Assembly (NCBI GenBank): GCA_000002435.2
Contig: CM018793.1
Strand: one strand, 5' to 3'
DNA: 64,000 bases
Origin: Giardia intestinalis
Lineage: Eukaryota
Below the pieces are notes generated by a model that did not search any database, had not been told where the DNA came from, and was given only the letters and a program-made list of their open reading frames with translations. Shown in pieces: positions 60,504-64,000 of this stretch (position 1 is the first letter of the stretch; every line of letters starts with the position of its first letter). A program made the position numbers and the translations under genes.

Positions 60504-63500
60504 ATGTCACGATCGAAAAGATACAGCAATTGGCAAGAGCTCCGTGTGTCAGACTTGACCCAGGCTGCCTTAGCTGTCAGAGTGTGCGACCGGGAACGCG
60601 TGTTTGTTTATTCAGTTAATCTGCCAAAAGGGGCAACCGTTGAGCCCAGCTCCTTAAGAAAATCTATGGAATTAGTTCAGTCAGTCTCTGCATGCATGAC
60701 GTACAGCGACATGCACTATAACAAAGAAGAGAACAAACTCCTGTTGGAGAGACCTACACGACATTGCATTTCGCTCTATGAGTACGGGGCCCTTTCCACT
60801 CAATTTCTGATACCTCCACATGCTAATGAAGACGTGCAACGGTATCGTTATGCTTTCAACTGTTCTGATGGCCTTTCCGAGATATACCTTTGGAAAATCG
60901 TGAAGTACCTACTAGATACATTTGTGAGGCTGCATGATCCTTATGCTTGGCCTGACTTCCGGCCTCGGCCTCACCTACTTCTTTCACCTTCCAACATCAT
61001 CGTAGGCCCTGACGATAGTTTCCTCTTAGAAGCAGCCGGAGTTTCTCATCTTCTATCCACTCCCAACCGGCACCGACGTAGTTGGTATTGTGCAATGGAA
61101 AACACTAACCTCTCTTCCCACGTCAACGATGCACAAAATGCAAGCGACAACTTTTCCATCATAGCAGCAGAGTATGTGGAGAACTTCTTTTCACGGTTTA
61201 TAGGAGAGAGCCGGGACGCCTCCAACATCATTGCAATAGAGGGCGTATTTGGATTAGACCGTTCAACCAGAGAGAATAGACTTGATAACCTTTTCAGATT
61301 GACCCAGATACTCACTTTTGAGCTAGTATCACGTAGCTTAAATTCAGGAGATAACGATGCCGCCACAGACTCACTAGTATTCTACTCAGCGTACATTGAT
61401 GACGACCCTGATACTAGGCTCTACACTAGCGCGGGTTTTCCGCAAATCCCTCTGGATCTAGAAGATGCCAGTGATGATTTTTTCTTGGAGGCATGCGATT
61501 ACCATGATCCTGCTGCTCTGACTTTACTGACAGAAGACTTCACAACGAAGCTTGACGTGTTTCTTCTAGGAGTTACGCTCATTACACTAACTATAAGAAA
61601 CCAGTGCCGACACTCTATCGTATCTCAGATTATCAACACCGTAAAGGCTCTAGACTCTTGGAGAACACTGATAACAAATGGCATAACAAAGGAGAAGATA
61701 CTGGATCTTTTTCAGCCAGTTGTGCAGAGCATAGTCACTGCAGGCTATTCTAGCCAACTTGCCACGTTCATAGCAACGTGCCTTATCCCCAACCCGCAAC
61801 TGCGTCCTTCTATGCACGAATTAAGAACCCTGTACGACAGCCTCTCCCAGCCTGTACTGAAGAACTCGTGGTGTCTGTACTCATTGTTCCGGAGTAGATC
61901 CTATAATATGTCTAATACAGTTAAGTACGAACTTAATGCAACTGGTGTTAGATTTGCCAAAAAGGCTACAGAGCTGATGAAAGCAGTCCGCTCCTTTGAA
62001 AATGATTTAATACCGCACTACTTGGACGACCTTCTTGTGGTTGATGTCACCACAGGAAGGACTGCACTGATGGTGGCCGTAGAGAAGGACAATATTGATG
62101 CCATTCAGTATCTACTCCAAGAGGCTGGCGTTGAGCTAGTAAGAGGGGCATCTCTGGCCGCAAAAGACCGTGGACTAAGACGATTTGACCTTCAGGCTTC
62201 ACTGTATGATATGGCTATCCCAGAGTCGGTCGTTTGCGGCTTTACTGCGCTTACGTTGGCCATAAAAGCCAGAAATACTGCTGCGATAAAACTTCTTGCG
62301 CCTCTGGAGGTGGGCTTTGGGGGCTTCACAAGCTTGATGGCTGCAGCAGTTGCCAATGACTATCACGCTGTCTGTTTATATCGGAGTGATGCAGGTAAGT
62401 ATTGCGAGGGCACGACAGCGCTCATGTTGGCACTTCTTTTTGGACACGTCAAGTGTTGTGAGCTCTTGCTCTGCGAGCTCTACATGACTGACGCCCAAGG
62501 AAGAACTGTACTGTCTTATGGTGCCTCCATCGAAAATCCATCGGCAAACGTCAAAGCTGCTTTGGCATACCTTGCACGGGAATGGATCTATTCGACGTCT
62601 GTGGATCCGTTAATATCTCGAGTTATTGCAGCGCGCTTGATTGATCCTGAAAACTCACACTCATTTGTAAGTACTTATCATGGATTGGCTGCGGCCACTT
62701 CCCCGATAGAAGTACCGGTAGATGGTATGCAGGTCTCTGCCATTGTCCACGCCCTACAATTAAGGGACTTTGATGCTCTGCAGGCCCTTCTTCCGATATA
62801 CCACCATTCTACCCATCAGACGCTAAACCTGCTTGAGCTGTCACTTAAGTACAGGGATCTTCCTGCAACAGACTTGATCTCTGAGTTTCTTGTGGCTCAG
62901 GGGATCTCTATGAAGGTGTCCGGTTCAACGGGTATCAAAGTTACTCAACACACGCCCCTAATGAAAGCGGCTCTCAATAATGACGTCACTGGGGTACTCC
63001 AGCACCGGAAACAGTACGGGAGGATGATCATTTCGAGGGTTTACTTCTTCTATTTCAACTTTCACTTCACTATTTCTCCGCTTGACCCTAGCCAGCAGAT
63101 TACTGCTCTTATGATGGCAGCCAAAAAAGGGCATCTCGAATGCGTCAAGTGTTTGCTGTGCGAGCTAGGAATTAGGACCTCTCTGGGGAATACTGCATTG
63201 ATGTTTGCCATTCGTTCCAAAAGGCTGGATTGCGTGCGATATCTTCTTCCTGAGCGTAACATACATAATACCTATGGCCGCACTCCTTTGATGACGGCTG
63301 CAGAGGTGGGTTTCCCAGAAGCCGTCGAGCTGCTCTGTCCCGATACAAGAATGACTGACAACTCAGGAGAAACCGCACTGCTTATTGCCTTGGTTTGCAA
63401 AAACGCAGACTGTGTTGCTCTTTTGCAGGATCAGATAGGGTATGCTGGAGTAACTCAGCTTATGGTTTATGCAGCCCTAGGAGATGTCGAAGCAATCAAG

Positions 63501-64000
63501 GCTTGCTTGGAGACTGAGACCGATCATGGTCACCTGCTTTGCAAGAAAACTATCGGTGATTGGACCGCCCTTATGTTTGCAGTCCTGTATAACAATTTAG
63601 AATGTGCACAGCTCTTGATGAGAGAAGCAGGGATTTCAACAACGACCAAATATACAGCCCTTCTGCTAGCAGCCCACAACCGCTGTTACGGTGCAATACC
63701 GCACCTAATTGATGAATCCGATGAGGAAAACATGACGAAGCTTATGGCTTACGCAGCTATTGGCAATCTAGACGGTGTCGAAGCTAATTTACGGTATTTG
63801 AAAAAACGCAACGTGCTAGGATGGACTGCTCTAATGTATGCAGCAGCGGCTGGTCACGCAGATTGCGTTAGTGCTCTTTTAGAAGAAGTCACGCTCACAG
63901 ATACTGATGACGAGACTGCGCTCATGAAAGCCGCAGAGAATGGAAACGTAGGATGTGTGATGCTTCTTTTAACGTTAGTTTCGCAGCGGTCAAGTAAGGG
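60504..64000 (+). CDS. NEK-like pseudokinase fused to a long array of TALM-type ankyrin repeats (3' end beyond window)
   Basis: Manual translation from ATG 60504 (MSRSKRYSNWQELRVSDLTQAALAV...) is open to the window end, over 1165 codons. It is absent from the ORF track because there is no stop in the window. The N-terminal ~420 aa are kinase-like with degenerate motifs ('RPHLLLSPSNIIVGPDDSFLLEAAG' in place of HRD...DFG; 'DVFLLGVTLITL' at the subdomain IX position). From ~62000 onward there are at least 12 ankyrin repeats (GRTALMVAVEKDN, GFTALTLAIKARN, GTTALMLALLFGH, ITALMMAAKKGH, GNTALMFAIRSKR, GRTPLMTAAEVGF, GETALLIALVCKN, GWTALMYAAAAGH, ETALMKAAENGN...). Confidence 0.8.
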   Translation, partial: MSRSKRYSNWQELRVSDLTQAALAVRVCDRERVFVYSVNLPKGATVEPSSLRKSMELVQSVSACMTYSDMHYNKEENKLLLERPTRHCISLYEYGALSTQFLIPPHANEDVQRYRYAFNCSDGLSEIYLWKIVKYLLDTFVRLHDPYAWPDFRPRPHLLLSPSNIIVGPDDSFLLEAAGVSHLLSTPNRHRRSWYCAMENTNLSSHVNDAQNASDNFSIIAAEYVENFFSRFIGESRDASNIIAIEGVFGLDRSTRENRLDNLFRLTQILTFELVSRSLNSGDNDAATDSLVFYSAYIDDDPDTRLYTSAGFPQIPLDLEDASDDFFLEACDYHDPAALTLLTEDFTTKLDVFLLGVTLITLTIRNQCRHSIVSQIINTVKALDSWRTLITNGITKEKILDLFQPVVQSIVTAGYSSQLATFIATCLIPNPQLRPSMHELRTLYDSLSQPVLKNSWCLYSLFRSRSYNMSNTVKYELNATGVRFAKKATELMKAVRSFENDLIPHYLDDLLVVDVTTGRTALMVAVEKDNIDAIQYLLQEAGVELVRGASLAAKDRGLRRFDLQASLYDMAIPESVVCGFTALTLAIKARNTAAIKLLAPLEVGFGGFTSLMAAAVANDYHAVCLYRSDAGKYCEGTTALMLALLFGHVKCCELLLCELYMTDAQGRTVLSYGASIENPSANVKAALAYLAREWIYSTSVDPLISRVIAARLIDPENSHSFVSTYHGLAAATSPIEVPVDGMQVSAIVHALQLRDFDALQALLPIYHHSTHQTLNLLELSLKYRDLPATDLISEFLVAQGISMKVSGSTGIKVTQHTPLMKAALNNDVTGVLQHRKQYGRMIISRVYFFYFNFHFTISPLDPSQQITALMMAAKKGHLECVKCLLCELGIRTSLGNTALMFAIRSKRLDCVRYLLPERNIHNTYGRTPLMTAAEVGFPEAVELLCPDTRMTDNSGETALLIALVCKNADCVALLQDQIGYAGVTQLMVYAALGDVEAIKACLETETDHGHLLCKKTIGDWTALMFAVLYNNLECAQLLMREAGISTTTKYTALLLAAHNRCYGAIPHLIDESDEENMTKLMAYAAIGNLDGVEANLRYLKKRNVLGWTALMYAAAAGHADCVSALLEEVTLTDTDDETALMKAAENGNVGCVMLLLTLVSQRSSK

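Noticed and set aside
1-64000. Mobile elements, CRISPR arrays, operon-like prokaryotic systems, VSP/HCMP surface-antigen genes
   Set aside because: There is no reverse transcriptase, transposase or integrase signature, no repeat-spacer arrays, and no CXXC-rich VSP-type ORFs with CRGKA tails. The window looks like conserved housekeeping chromosome.

Overview
This window is a gene-dense, apparently intron-free stretch of eukaryotic nuclear DNA. It holds about 41 protein-coding genes on both strands, with 25-100 bp spacers, four convergent gene pairs whose stop codons overlap, and one tRNA. The gene content points to a Giardia intestinalis-like diplomonad core chromosome region rather than a bacterial or accessory island. 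The evidence for that is several ankyrin-repeat proteins with the TALM-type repeat ('Protein 21.1'-like), NEK kinase or pseudokinase fusions to ankyrin repeats, very short AT-rich initiator regions abutting each ATG, and AGTRAAY polyadenylation-type motifs overlapping stop codons.

Genes recognised with reasonable confidence:
- kinesin motor protein
- Ubc6/UBE2J-type E2
- queuine tRNA-ribosyltransferase-like protein (probably the accessory subunit)
- PIG-L GlcNAc-PI de-N-acetylase
- ZNF593/Bud20-like zinc finger
- 40S ribosomal protein S13
- tRNA-Lys(UUU)
- MCT-1 (PUA domain)
- FYVE-finger protein with GPYG-rich low-complexity termini
- MATE-like polytopic transporter
- active NEK kinase with ankyrin repeats
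- R2R3 Myb factor
- Y-family DNA polymerase (Pol kappa/DinB)
- PQ-loop transporter
- KDEL-tailed secreted protein
- transglutaminase-like protein
- CEP104-like protein (jelly-roll, TOG/ARM and Zn-finger array)
- SUMO E1 subunit UBA2
- thioredoxin
- SHAQKYF/GARP Myb-like factor
- two NEK-like pseudokinases

The remainder are several coiled-coil and hypothetical proteins. The supplied ORF track uses TTG/GTG as starts and omits ORFs without an in-window stop, so I re-set many starts to the first in-frame ATG preceded by an AT-rich initiator. I added two edge-truncated genes that the track misses (1..2163 on the minus strand and 60504..64000 on the plus strand). I found no mobile elements, CRISPR arrays, VSP/HCMP-type genes or clear introns.

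The most notable oddities are these. Two neighbouring genes, PIG-L and an ankyrin protein, have conserved coding sequence extending upstream of any usable ATG. The RPS13 polyA-type signal overlaps both its own stop codon and the 3' end of the antisense tRNA-Lys. A GC-rich island generates long spurious antisense ORFs. A CTAACAG direct repeat sits in the Myb/Pol-kappa divergent promoter. Two atypically long intergenic regions may carry small ncRNAs.
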